This document shows, one piece after another, positions 44,401 to 50,544 of a DNA stretch of 64,000 nt. Position 1 is the first letter of the stretch; each line of letters opens with the position of its first letter. Both the position numbers and the translations under genes were made by a program. The stretch is from Rheinheimera sp. (lineage in GTDB: Bacteria > Pseudomonadota > Gammaproteobacteria > Enterobacterales > Alteromonadaceae): NCBI GenBank assembly GCA_037968955.1, contig JBBKWN010000146.1, forward strand, positions 1,051 through 65,050. Reading direction: 5' to 3'. The notes beneath the pieces are model-generated. The model worked only from the letters and a program-made list of their open reading frames with translations, did not search any database and had not been told where the DNA came from.

Positions 44401-45562
44401 CGATGGTGATGCTCTGAGTATCTATCAAGCATCGGCAGCCTTTGGCCAGGTGACTGTGAGCACGGATGGCCAAAGTCTGTGGTATACACCCAACAACGAT
44501 TTTATTGGTACAGACGTGGTGAACTACAGTGTGCGTGATGGCAAAGGCGGCAGTGCAACAGCGACCGCCACCATCACGGTGTATTACAATCGCGCGCCAG
44601 TGGTGAAAGATAGTACGGCCAGCACCAATGATCGCACGGTGATTGACATTGCCGCCCTAACTGGTGCTAGTGATGCCGATGGCGACACGCTGAGTATCGT
44701 CAGTGCCACGGCGCAAAAAGGCGCAGTAAGCATTATCAATAGCCAAACATTGCGGTATACCCCAGTGACTGGCTTTCATGGCACTGACACTATTAGTTTT
44801 AATGTCAGTGACGCACGTGGTGGGCTGGTGAGCGCCAAAGTCACTGTCGCTGTGACCGCCTTTGAGGTGATTACGGTCGAGAATAAATCGTCAGGAGGAA
44901 CAGTTTCTGGTTGGCCATTGGCACTGTTAACGTTGTTGGCAGCTTGCCGGCAACGCCGGACGCTGAGCACGGTGCTATTAGCGCTGACTGCAAGCTTGAG
45001 TTTCAATGCTCAGGCGACATGGTCGGTAGACGGTTTTTATGGTCAAAGCAAAGTGAAACCATCACGCAGCGGCATTGGCGGCAGTTTGCCAGCCAATACC
45101 GCCATTGTGGACTATGACGATTCGGGCCGCAGCTGGTCATTGGGGGGGAATTATCACTTTAACCCAGCATTGGCTGTGCAGATACAATATGTTGATTTAG
45201 GTGATGCCAGTGTGACATTGCGGGCGGATACACTGACTCCGGATCAATTTTATCAGGCCGTGTCGACCGTTGGGCCGATGCAGGCCGATGGGATCCGCAG
45301 CGGTTTGTCTTATCAATTTTGGCAATACAGCGACTGGTCATTTGGGGTACAAGGGGGGGTATTTGTTTGGCAAAGCAGCAGCACTAGCGCCAGGCTGAAT
45401 GAGGTGATCCATTACAGCGCAAATGCGACGGACTTTTATTGGGGGTTAAGTGGTAGTTACCTGCTCGATCCACAGCTGAGTCTGCAAACCAGCTTTACCC
45501 GCTATCAACTTGCTACCAATAAGGTTGACGCGTTGATGGTTGGGATCAATTATCGATTTTAA
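38408..45562 (+). CDS. Giant (2384-aa) mosaic cell-surface / adhesin-like protein
   Basis: SD GAGGG lies 9 nt upstream. The Sec signal peptide is MQNLTRYWAAFCIAMTIVSSAAYA-AS. The domains run in this order: an unassigned N-terminal domain; 4 x ~120-aa repeats; 3 FN3 domains alternating with 2 Ig-like modules; 3 cadherin-like (dystroglycan/He_PIG-type) domains; a cadherin-like/VCBS-type domain; a HYR-like domain; a Calx-beta-like domain; an Ig-like domain; a TSP3-like Asp/Asn loop (DSNNNLIPDN...DSNGNGIPNYLDN); a domain ending EDGGPNDDDGLVNSAVSDPG (choice-of-anchor-like); 2 more cadherin-like domains; a GlyGly-CTERM-like segment; and a signal-peptide-like segment with a beta-barrel. Confidence 0.85.
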   Translation: MQNLTRYWAAFCIAMTIVSSAAYAASIPSNLTIDFNSAGFGNNVSHGSNTFTQGDITITYNEGNWYQVTTNGQAGTAALFAPYSSGFTETVTIQTTSGDEFDFVSFYYNKGFDNVGVVKGYRNGGLVASETPATGSGTKSFSASFDAVDRVVISSGSNGFYDYFDTFVLNTATYPAATITSATYDANTGVLAVTAVDMTVSDTIDVSKLTLTGRNGGSYTLTSANVAATNATAFAVTLNANDKRVVNGLLNKNGTASVDTTTYNLAAATNWDQTASAAADLTGNGITVSNVATPTLTSATYDSSTHVLSVTGTNLVSILGATNDIVVSYLTFTGEGGATYTLTSSDVDITSATAFTVTLNGTDQAGVEPMLNKNGTSSTSGTTYNLAAADDWNSEVTGGNIADLAGNGVTVSNVPVPTITAVSYDASTGALVAAGTNFVSKAGAANDIVANKMTFRGEAGATYTLTDTSDVEISSQSSFTLTLSATDKAGVNLIVNKNGGSSTDSSTYLFDAAEDWNAGAEAVLNIADASNNMTASNVAVPTITSALYSASTGVLTVSGTGFSRKGGATNDIVANKFTLTGESGGTYTLTDTANVEVTSGSSCTLTLSATDKTGANAILNKNGTSSTDNTTYNLAAAEDWAAGADAAVTVADLAGNGILVSNVFAVPGAPTIGTATAGDTQVSVSFSAPASDGGTAITGYTVTSNPGGASVSGASGPLVVTGLTNGVAYTFTVTATNNVGTGSASAASNSVTPKAAQIITFNNPGAQNFDSTPTLSATASSSLAPSFSSATTGVCTITSGGALTFVTAGTCTINADEEGNGSYLAAATVARSFSVNAVVPGAPTAASATASDTQASVAFSAPAFTGGAAITGYTVTSSPGGLTGAGVVSPLTVTGLTNGVAYTFTVTATNSAGTGTASAATSSATPKATQSISFANPGAQNFGTAPTLSATADSGLTPIFTSATTGVCTITSGGQLTTVTAGTCTINANEAGDGTYLAAAQVSRSFSINAIVPTAPTAANALAGDAQATVSFTAPAFTGGAAITGYTVTSNPGAITASGSGSPITVSGLTNGTAYTFTVTATNSVGSSGASAASNSVTPQVPNSAPTISGSPATSVAQDTAYSFTPLANDADTGTTLTFSISNQPAWATFDTTSGTLAGTPAKSAVGNYPAIVISVSDGSLSAALPAFSIEVTNVNDAPTISGAPATTVAQNATYSFIPTASDLDAGTTLTFSISNKPAWAAFSTTTGALTGTPSQSDVGSYAGIVISVSDGILSASLPAFNIDVTNVNDAPTISGLPMTSVAQGVAYSFVPTASDPDTGSTLSFTISNKPAWATFDSATGALTGTPKRADVGTTQGIVISVSDGELSASLAAFNLEVFSTNSAPTAIDDNLTLPFSLNNRYQLNVTANDTDPEQDALLVTAANSSAGQVSIVDNQLLLQAPANFHGTVNLTYSVSDGEFSAQAKVSLLISGSNPDAPKITVPNDIRINATGLLTKVDVGVATAIDALGNRIAVNLDNGRPVFSPGKHQLYWRATDAKGVTSVASQLLEIKPLLSLSKPKVTANNTQVSVDVLLNGPSPVYPVDVAYSVSGSATPLADHDLTSGVLQITSGTSATINIKVFADLVTIAEKDLVVTLTGDANLGADRSTRILITDRNLPPTVALTATQQSTTGGLFSITAGAIVVDAQVVDANTADTVTRQWLTDPALINIATDPAKFEFDPASLAPGVYKVALQATDNANEPLSVTKELLLRIVKDLPVLGSGDSNNNLIPDNIEGAGDSNGNGIPNYLDNMPSTNILPQVITVTNSYLLECDPGVRCGLGLFALGGQSGGVQILNSELGGSNQVPLDESFTPVGGIFDFVIDELPTPGQQVSIVIPQIEPIPRAGTYRKFQKGRWVSFIENANNRLASAQGSAGYCPPPGAAEWQPGLIEGYHCVQLTIEDGGPNDDDGLVNSAVSDPGSVMVPRSNNQLPKAMADTYSLQWNQAHQLRVLDNDSDADGDALSIYQASAAFGQVTVSTDGQSLWYTPNNDFIGTDVVNYSVRDGKGGSATATATITVYYNRAPVVKDSTASTNDRTVIDIAALTGASDADGDTLSIVSATAQKGAVSIINSQTLRYTPVTGFHGTDTISFNVSDARGGLVSAKVTVAVTAFEVITVENKSSGGTVSGWPLALLTLLAACRQRRTLSTVLLALTASLSFNAQATWSVDGFYGQSKVKPSRSGIGGSLPANTAIVDYDDSGRSWSLGGNYHFNPALAVQIQYVDLGDASVTLRADTLTPDQFYQAVSTVGPMQADGIRSGLSYQFWQYSDWSFGVQGGVFVWQSSSTSARLNEVIHYSANATDFYWGLSGSYLLDPQLSLQTSFTRYQLATNKVDALMVGINYRF
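38929..40399 (+). repeat. Four tandem ~117-125-aa protein repeats of an unassigned type (approximate bounds)
   Basis: Repeat starts lie near 38929, 39281, 39650 and 40022. The shared pattern is PT(I/L)TSA.YD..TG.L.V.GT.......ND.......(F/L)TG..G..YTLT....V...S...FT.TL...D......LNKNGT.S....TYNLAAA.DW. Confidence 0.8.
40403..41712 (+). repeat. FN3 / Ig-like module array (FN3-Ig-FN3-Ig-FN3), approximate bounds
   Basis: VPGAPT...D.Q..V.FSAPA..GG.AITGYTVTS.PGG...GLTNG.AYTFTVTATN recurs 3 times. It is separated by Q.I.F.NPGAQNF...PTLSATA.S.L.P.F.SATTGVCTITSGG.LT.VTAGTCTINA.E.G.G.YLAAA, which recurs 2 times. Confidence 0.8.
41713..42546 (+). repeat. Three tandem ~95-aa cadherin-like (dystroglycan-type) domains, approximate bounds
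   Basis: The pattern APTISG.PATSVAQ...YSF.P.A.D.D.GTTLTFSISN.PAWA.F....G.L.GTP....VG.Y..IVISVSDG.LSA.LPAF.I.VTNVNDAP recurs 3 times. Confidence 0.8.
44891..44959 (+). other. GlyGly-CTERM-like sorting-signal segment, internal to the ORF
   Basis: SGGTVSGWPLALLTLLAACRQRR: Gly-Gly, a hydrophobic helix and an Arg cluster. No stop codon follows. Confidence 0.6.
44960..45559 (+). other. Signal-peptide-like segment plus a 181-aa OmpA/OmpX-class beta-barrel-like domain, in frame with the adhesin
   Basis: TLSTVLLALTASLSFNAQA-TWSVDGFYGQSK... has an alternating hydrophobic strand pattern and ends VGINYRF, the terminal aromatic typical of OMPs. Confidence 0.6.
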
Positions 45563-45592
45563 CTGAACGCTTTTACTGCAAGATTTAAGTAT

Positions 45593-45617
45593 AAAAAGGC
45601 GCCTTGGGCGCCTTTTT
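45593..45617. terminator. Bidirectional rho-independent terminator between the adhesin and cca
   Basis: aaaaaggcgcc, loop ttg, ggcgccttttt: a perfect 11-bp stem with an A-tract and a T-tract. Confidence 0.8.
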
Positions 45618-45759
45618 AAATCAAGGTGCAACCGTTTGCTACCTCGGTAACCGCAGCTAGCTATTGTTGCATTCCGCTCTGTTCTAATAAGATAAACGTA
45701 CCGTTATGGGTGCCAATACCTGATGCCGATTGAGCGAGATTTTGGCGAAGCCCATCGCT

Positions 45760-47001
45760 TCAGCTTGGAGTCGCTTGCAACCCGGCGTTGGTCTGACGGA
45801 TGGCTTCAAGTCTGGCTTTTTTAACCGCTTCTTTCATCGCCTCACCTTGATGGCCAAACGCTACCAGTGCTTTCATATTGATGCCGCGGGCGGCTTTGGC
45901 AAGTGCGCGCAAATAATCGGCTTGTGGGTAATCCGCGTTTTCAAAACCAGTACGACCGCGTAAATCGGCCATACAGCAGGTGAGGAGCAGTTCCAGCCGT
46001 TCCGGTCGGCGCCACAGGTCAATACCATCAAATAGCTTTTGGACGGTGACGGATCGCAGTTCAAAGGCTTTATGCACTTGCTGGTGAAATTGACTGGCTA
46101 ATAACGCAAGCTCTTTACAATCATTCGGGACCCGCACGCGCTGACAAAGCGTTTCAATCAGCGGCAAGCCTAACATTTCATGGCCGTGGTGGGCTGGCCA
46201 CTGCTCGGGCGGCGTGGCGCCTTTGCCTACATCATGGCATAACGCGGCAAACCGAACATCTAGCCTTGGTGATAACAATGCAGCTTGTGCCAACACCAGC
46301 ATAGAATGGATACCGGTATCAATTTCCGGATGCCATTTGGGTGGATTCGGAATACCCCAGAGTTTATCCAGTTCCGGCATCAGCACAGCGAGAGCACCCA
46401 CTTCATGCAACAACTCAAAATAAGGCGTTGGGGTATTTTCCTGTAGTGCGCGGGCGGTTTCCTGCCACACTCGCTCGGCGGTTAAGTGTTGCATTTCGCC
46501 TTGCTGCACCAGCTGTTGCATCAGGGCTTTGGTTTCGTCGGCGACGCGAAAGCCAAGCGGAAAAAATCGGGCGTAAAACCTCGCCACCCGCAGTACCCGC
46601 AACGGATCTTCAACAAAAGCCGGTGATACATGGCGCAGCAGCCGTTGCTCTAAATCATGTTGGCCACCATAAGGGTCAAATATTTCACCGGTTTCTTCGT
46701 CTTGCGCCATGGCGTTGATGGTGAGATCGCGGCGCATTAAGTCCTGTTCCAGCGTCACATCAGGCGCAAAATAACAGGCAAAACCGGTGTAACCTTGGCC
46801 TTGTTTACGCTCGGTACGAGCCAGTGCATATTCTTGTTTAGTTTTTGGATGCAAAAATACCGGAAAGTCTTTGCCAACACTCTGGTACCCTTGAGCGAGC
46901 AGTTGTTCCGGCGTCGCGCCAACTACTAGGTAATCGCGGTCTTTTTGTGGCAGAGCGAGTAAGGCGTCGCGTACGGCGCCGCCAACAAGATAGTTCTTCA
47001 T
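45760..47001 (-). CDS. cca: CCA-adding tRNA nucleotidyltransferase with HD domain
   Basis: The Met at 47001 gives [12 protein letters not shown]... and 413 aa (E. coli Cca is 412 aa). HD motif CHDVGKG. The ORF-track start at 47139 is an unsupported extension. Confidence 0.93.
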   Translation of the reverse strand: MKNYLVGGAVRDALLALPQKDRDYLVVGATPEQLLAQGYQSVGKDFPVFLHPKTKQEYALARTERKQGQGYTGFACYFAPDVTLEQDLMRRDLTINAMAQDEETGEIFDPYGGQHDLEQRLLRHVSPAFVEDPLRVLRVARFYARFFPLGFRVADETKALMQQLVQQGEMQHLTAERVWQETARALQENTPTPYFELLHEVGALAVLMPELDKLWGIPNPPKWHPEIDTGIHSMLVLAQAALLSPRLDVRFAALCHDVGKGATPPEQWPAHHGHEMLGLPLIETLCQRVRVPNDCKELALLASQFHQQVHKAFELRSVTVQKLFDGIDLWRRPERLELLLTCCMADLRGRTGFENADYPQADYLRALAKAARGINMKALVAFGHQGEAMKEAVKKARLEAIRQTNAGLQATPS

Positions 47002-47193
47002 ATGCTTTCCTGACTGCGGATTTTTTGCCATTATATACCCGCCGAACTTGAAGCTGCAGCTTTGTTGCTGTCGCTTTGCGGGCTCGGTTGCCACAACAAG
47101 GATGCTGATGGCTCTCGAACACTTGTCACCGCGCTGCAACTTCCATTATTGTGGGTGGTCAGCAAAAGTCGCCTAACCGATGATCAGGATGTT

Positions 47194-48114
47194 ATGTACA
47201 CCGGATTTTTTGGCCTGAACAGCCAGCCATTTTCAATTGCACCCAACCCCGACTTTATGTATCTCGGAGCCCGTCACACTGAAGCGCTAGCGCACTTGCG
47301 CTACGGCCTTGGTGATGCCGGTGGTTTTGTGCTGCTAACCGGCGAGGTGGGCACCGGCAAGACAACCGTCTCGCGTTGTTTGCTAGCAGAGTTACCGGAA
47401 CATACCCAAGTCGCTTTTATATTAAATCCAACCTTATCAGAACTAGAATTGTTGGCGGCGATTTGTGACGAGTTAAAAATCCGTTATAAAAAAGCCGATG
47501 CCAGTTTAAAAATGCTAACGGATAAAATTACCGCCAAATTGCTGAAGAACCATCAGGCGGGCTTAAATACCATTCTGATTATTGATGAAGCCCAGCATTT
47601 GCAGCCGGCGGTGTTAGAGCAATTGCGGTTGTTAACCAATCTCGAAACCAATACTAAAAAGCTGCTGCAGGTGATTTTAATCGGCCAACCGGAACTGCAG
47701 CAGCTGTTGCAACGTCAGGATTTACGCCAATTAGCACAGCGAATTACTGCTCGTTATCATTTAATGCCGCTGACATTTGCTGAAGTGCGGTTTTATGTGC
47801 AACATCGGTTGCAGGTCGCGGGTTGTAGTCGGCCGGTGTTTACCGACAGTGCTTTTAAAAAGCTATTTCAGTTGTCAGGGGGGATTCCAAGGTTAGTGAA
47901 TCTGATTTGTGACCGCGCCTTGTTAGGGGGTTATAGTCAGCAAAAACCATTAATCGATGGCAAGCTGGTACAGCAGGCTGCTGGGGAAATTTTGGCCATT
48001 CGCCAACCTGATCCCGCGGCGCACTGGCCACTGTGGCTGTGGCCGTTATTATTTATGTTTTGTGTCGCTTTGGGTGTGGCTCTGGCGCGTGGGTTGAATT
48101 TAGCAGGAGTCTGA
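47194..48114 (+). CDS. gspA: ExeA/GspA-like AAA ATPase (short form with a C-terminal TM and no periplasmic domain)
   Basis: ATG 47194 gives MYTGFFGLNSQPFSIAPNPDFMY, a typical ExeA/MshM N-terminus. Walker A GEVGTGKTT and Walker B IIDEAQHL. The C-terminus WPLWLWPLLFMFCVALGVALA is a TM segment. Confidence 0.85.
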   Translation: MYTGFFGLNSQPFSIAPNPDFMYLGARHTEALAHLRYGLGDAGGFVLLTGEVGTGKTTVSRCLLAELPEHTQVAFILNPTLSELELLAAICDELKIRYKKADASLKMLTDKITAKLLKNHQAGLNTILIIDEAQHLQPAVLEQLRLLTNLETNTKKLLQVILIGQPELQQLLQRQDLRQLAQRITARYHLMPLTFAEVRFYVQHRLQVAGCSRPVFTDSAFKKLFQLSGGIPRLVNLICDRALLGGYSQQKPLIDGKLVQQAAGEILAIRQPDPAAHWPLWLWPLLFMFCVALGVALARGLNLAGV

Positions 48115-48118
48115 AAAC

Positions 48119-49003
48119 ATGTCGTTATTGATGGAAGCACTAAAACAGCAGCAAAGCGGCGCGGCTGAATCAACCGCCGGGCCTGTGGGTCATGCACAAA
48201 GCCGAGCGCCAGAATTTGGCCAAGGTGCCGGGCAAAACAGTGGGCAAGGTTGGAAATTGCTGGCATTAGGGTTGTTGGTGGTGGTCGGCTTGTTAGCCGG
48301 ATTTTTACTGGCATCACTGCTGCAACGGCCGCCAGCAGTCGCGACCGCAGCGCCGCCACCGGCCAGCGCTGGACAAATTCTCACCGAATTATTAACCAAG
48401 CCCGCTGCCAGCGATACAAAAGACTCACTCGATGCCGAACCGCAGCTACTGGTGTCGGCTGACAAACCGGTCACGAGCAATAGCAAAACCGGGCAAACGT
48501 TAGAGCAACAGGTGCAAATGGTGACGTCTGCCAATGATGACATGGCGATGGACGACGCGTCGTTTGCCGCGCAGCCAGCTATGGCTGAAGCCGATGTCGA
48601 TGAACCGGTGGTTGAAGTTCGGGCGAAAGCCTCAGAGCTGACGGCGGCTGAGGTTTCGGATGAACTGCGTAGTAAATTTGCGCTGGCGTTGCAGCAGTCA
48701 GATCCGCTGCCGCGCCATCAGTCGGTGACTGAACATGCGGCGCCGGCGCGCGACATTCAAACGCTGGACGACCTATTGCAACGTCAAATTCCGCCACTGC
48801 GCTTTGAAGCGCATATTTATGCTTCCGATCCAAAACAGCGTTGGGTCAAGGTCAACGGCAAAGATTTACAGGAAGGACAGTGGGTGACCGCCGACATTCA
48901 ACTCAAAGAAATCACTTCACAATATGTGTTGCTGCAAACCGGCCGCCAAATGTTTAGCATGGAAGCCCTTAGCGAATGGTCGTATCGGCTGCCCAAACCA
49001 TAA
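48119..49003 (+). CDS. gspB: GspB/ExeB-like type II secretion accessory protein
   Basis: It lies immediately after gspA. N-terminus MSLLMEALKQ, a single TM, a low-complexity linker, and a C-terminal PLRFEAHIYASDPKQRWVKVNGKDLQEGQWV pattern typical of GspB. Confidence 0.7.
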   Translation: MSLLMEALKQQQSGAAESTAGPVGHAQSRAPEFGQGAGQNSGQGWKLLALGLLVVVGLLAGFLLASLLQRPPAVATAAPPPASAGQILTELLTKPAASDTKDSLDAEPQLLVSADKPVTSNSKTGQTLEQQVQMVTSANDDMAMDDASFAAQPAMAEADVDEPVVEVRAKASELTAAEVSDELRSKFALALQQSDPLPRHQSVTEHAAPARDIQTLDDLLQRQIPPLRFEAHIYASDPKQRWVKVNGKDLQEGQWVTADIQLKEITSQYVLLQTGRQMFSMEALSEWSYRLPKP

Positions 49004-49091
49004 TCGGCGCAAAATAACAGCGGTTCTTTCGTTGTTACCGTCGTTATTGTGTTGGCGCTTCGCGCTAGAGTGTGTGCGCAGCTTTGCCAGA

Positions 49092-49145
49092 CGCTCTGCT
49101 GTTACAAGTCGCTCCGTTATTATAAGCCGCTCTGCTGTTACAAGT
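49092..49145. repeat. 18-bp direct repeat at 36-bp spacing in the gspB / HD-GYP convergent intergenic region
   Basis: cgctctgctgttacaagt occurs at 49092-49109 and again at 49128-49145. Confidence 0.85.
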
Positions 49146-49201
49146 TGCTCTGCTCTGACAGGGCGCCCAGCTACGACAAGACACTTCGTCATTACCAGCC
49201 A

Positions 49202-50311
49202 TCATAAATAGTGCTGTAATTTCAGTTGATATTGATTTAAATCGGCGCAGCCTTCCAGTGGATCATCGGTTTGTTTACTTAAATCCACCAACTTTGCCGC
49301 CAAATGATGGCGATGGGCGCTATGGTAAATCAGTTTGACGCGCGGTTTGTCCGCATGCAGCGGATGGTTCTCAAGTACCAATCCAATTTTGCCGGATTTG
49401 AGCCGCACTGCGCTGCCAGGGTAATACAAACCGACACATTTTAAAAAGCTACCAACCAAGGCTAAATCTAGTTGTTTACCGGCTTGTTGTGTTAGTTTTG
49501 CTGCCGCTTGGGCAGAGCTCAGTTTTTGCGCTGCGGCAGTTAACTTGCTGTAGCTGTTGACAATAGCCAGCATCTTGCCGCCTTGGCTTTGTTGTTGTGC
49601 CAGACTTAAACAATGCTCTTCAATCACTTGCAACAACAATGGCGGACATTCTGGCTGATGTTGTAGCAGTGGCACGCTGTAGGCTGCGGCGTCTTGATCT
49701 TGTACCTGCTGCTTGGGAAATAGCTGTTTTAGTTGCAAAGAGCCAACATCATGCAGCAATGCGGCCAGCGTAAGCTGCGACGCTTGCGGCTCTGGCAGTT
49801 TTAGCTCGGCGCAAAATGCCGCCATCAGACAAGCGCAGCTCAAGCTGTGTTGTAATAATTCATCATCCTGCGCGCCCACTTGTTGCAAAAACAGTAATGC
49901 CTGATGGTTACGCCGAGTGCTGTCGAGTAATTTGGCGCTGACTGAGTTCAGTTCAACAAAATCGACTGCATGGTGCTGTATGAGCGCCGGCAAGGCGTTG
50001 GTCACACTTTGCACATTGGCCTGCAAGGCTAAACCCGCTTTATTTACTTCTTGCTCAAACAGAATTCTGGCTGGCTTTTTTGGCGCAGGTGGTGCAGCCA
50101 CCGCTGGCTCTGGCGATGGTTTGGCGGGTGGCAGCTGTCGATCGGTATCAATCTGAACTTCCAGCACACCCCGTTGGCGCAATAAATCAATCGCTTCGTC
50201 CGAGCGCACCCAGCCAGCATCTTTGACAATCACATCACCTTGCTGTTTTGTCACAGCAATCACGTAACTGCCCAGTTGTAAATCGTCGATAGAGACCTGC
50301 TGTAACGGCAT
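49202..50311 (-). CDS. HD-GYP-family protein with a DUF3391-like N-terminus, apparently degenerate (no GYP motif seen)
   Basis: The N-terminus VSIDDLQLGSYV...DEAIDLLRQRGV is typical of DUF3391. The HD motif LLHDVGS is present. The C-terminal YYPGSAVRLKSGKIGLV matches the family tail. The region where HHE..DG.GYP is expected reads EEHCLSLAQQQSQGG. Confidence 0.65.
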   Translation of the reverse strand: MPLQQVSIDDLQLGSYVIAVTKQQGDVIVKDAGWVRSDEAIDLLRQRGVLEVQIDTDRQLPPAKPSPEPAVAAPPAPKKPARILFEQEVNKAGLALQANVQSVTNALPALIQHHAVDFVELNSVSAKLLDSTRRNHQALLFLQQVGAQDDELLQHSLSCACLMAAFCAELKLPEPQASQLTLAALLHDVGSLQLKQLFPKQQVQDQDAAAYSVPLLQHQPECPPLLLQVIEEHCLSLAQQQSQGGKMLAIVNSYSKLTAAAQKLSSAQAAAKLTQQAGKQLDLALVGSFLKCVGLYYPGSAVRLKSGKIGLVLENHPLHADKPRVKLIYHSAHRHHLAAKLVDLSKQTDDPLEGCADLNQYQLKLQHYL

Positions 50312-50410
50312 AAGTGGCGTTTGAATCCTGTTAAAACAATATCAGCTCAACATAGGCTGAGCCGGCGTAAAACGCAACACTCCGCTTTTTTCAGAGTATT
50401 TATCTTGCTG

Positions 50411-50426
50411 CATTTAAATTTAAATG
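50411..50426. promoter_or_regulatory. Perfect 16-bp AT-rich palindrome in a divergent promoter region
   Basis: catttaaatttaaatg, with a third atttaaatt copy at 50432-50440. Confidence 0.5.
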
Positions 50427-50544
50427 AAAATATTTAAATTTTTCGTGATAAATAATTGCGGTCGGGGGTAAAAGTTGTAGAGATCAGTGACTGATCTTAC
50501 CCAGAGTTCACTTTTCTAACGGTCAATAGATAACAGGAAGGCCC

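Noticed and set aside
44972-44974. Internal GTG (Val in TLSTVLL) considered as the start of a separate OMP gene at the end of the adhesin ORF.
   Set aside because: No SD-like sequence precedes it. Starting there would remove the basic n-region and part of the hydrophobic core of the signal peptide. There is no stop codon upstream to separate two genes. Independent initiation cannot be formally excluded.
48917-49211. Two overlapping ~91-95-codon ORFs on opposite strands in the gspB / HD-GYP intergenic region.
   Set aside because: Their repetitive peptide sequences are a by-product of the 36-bp DNA periodicity. One overlaps the end of gspB, and neither has a plausible start context.
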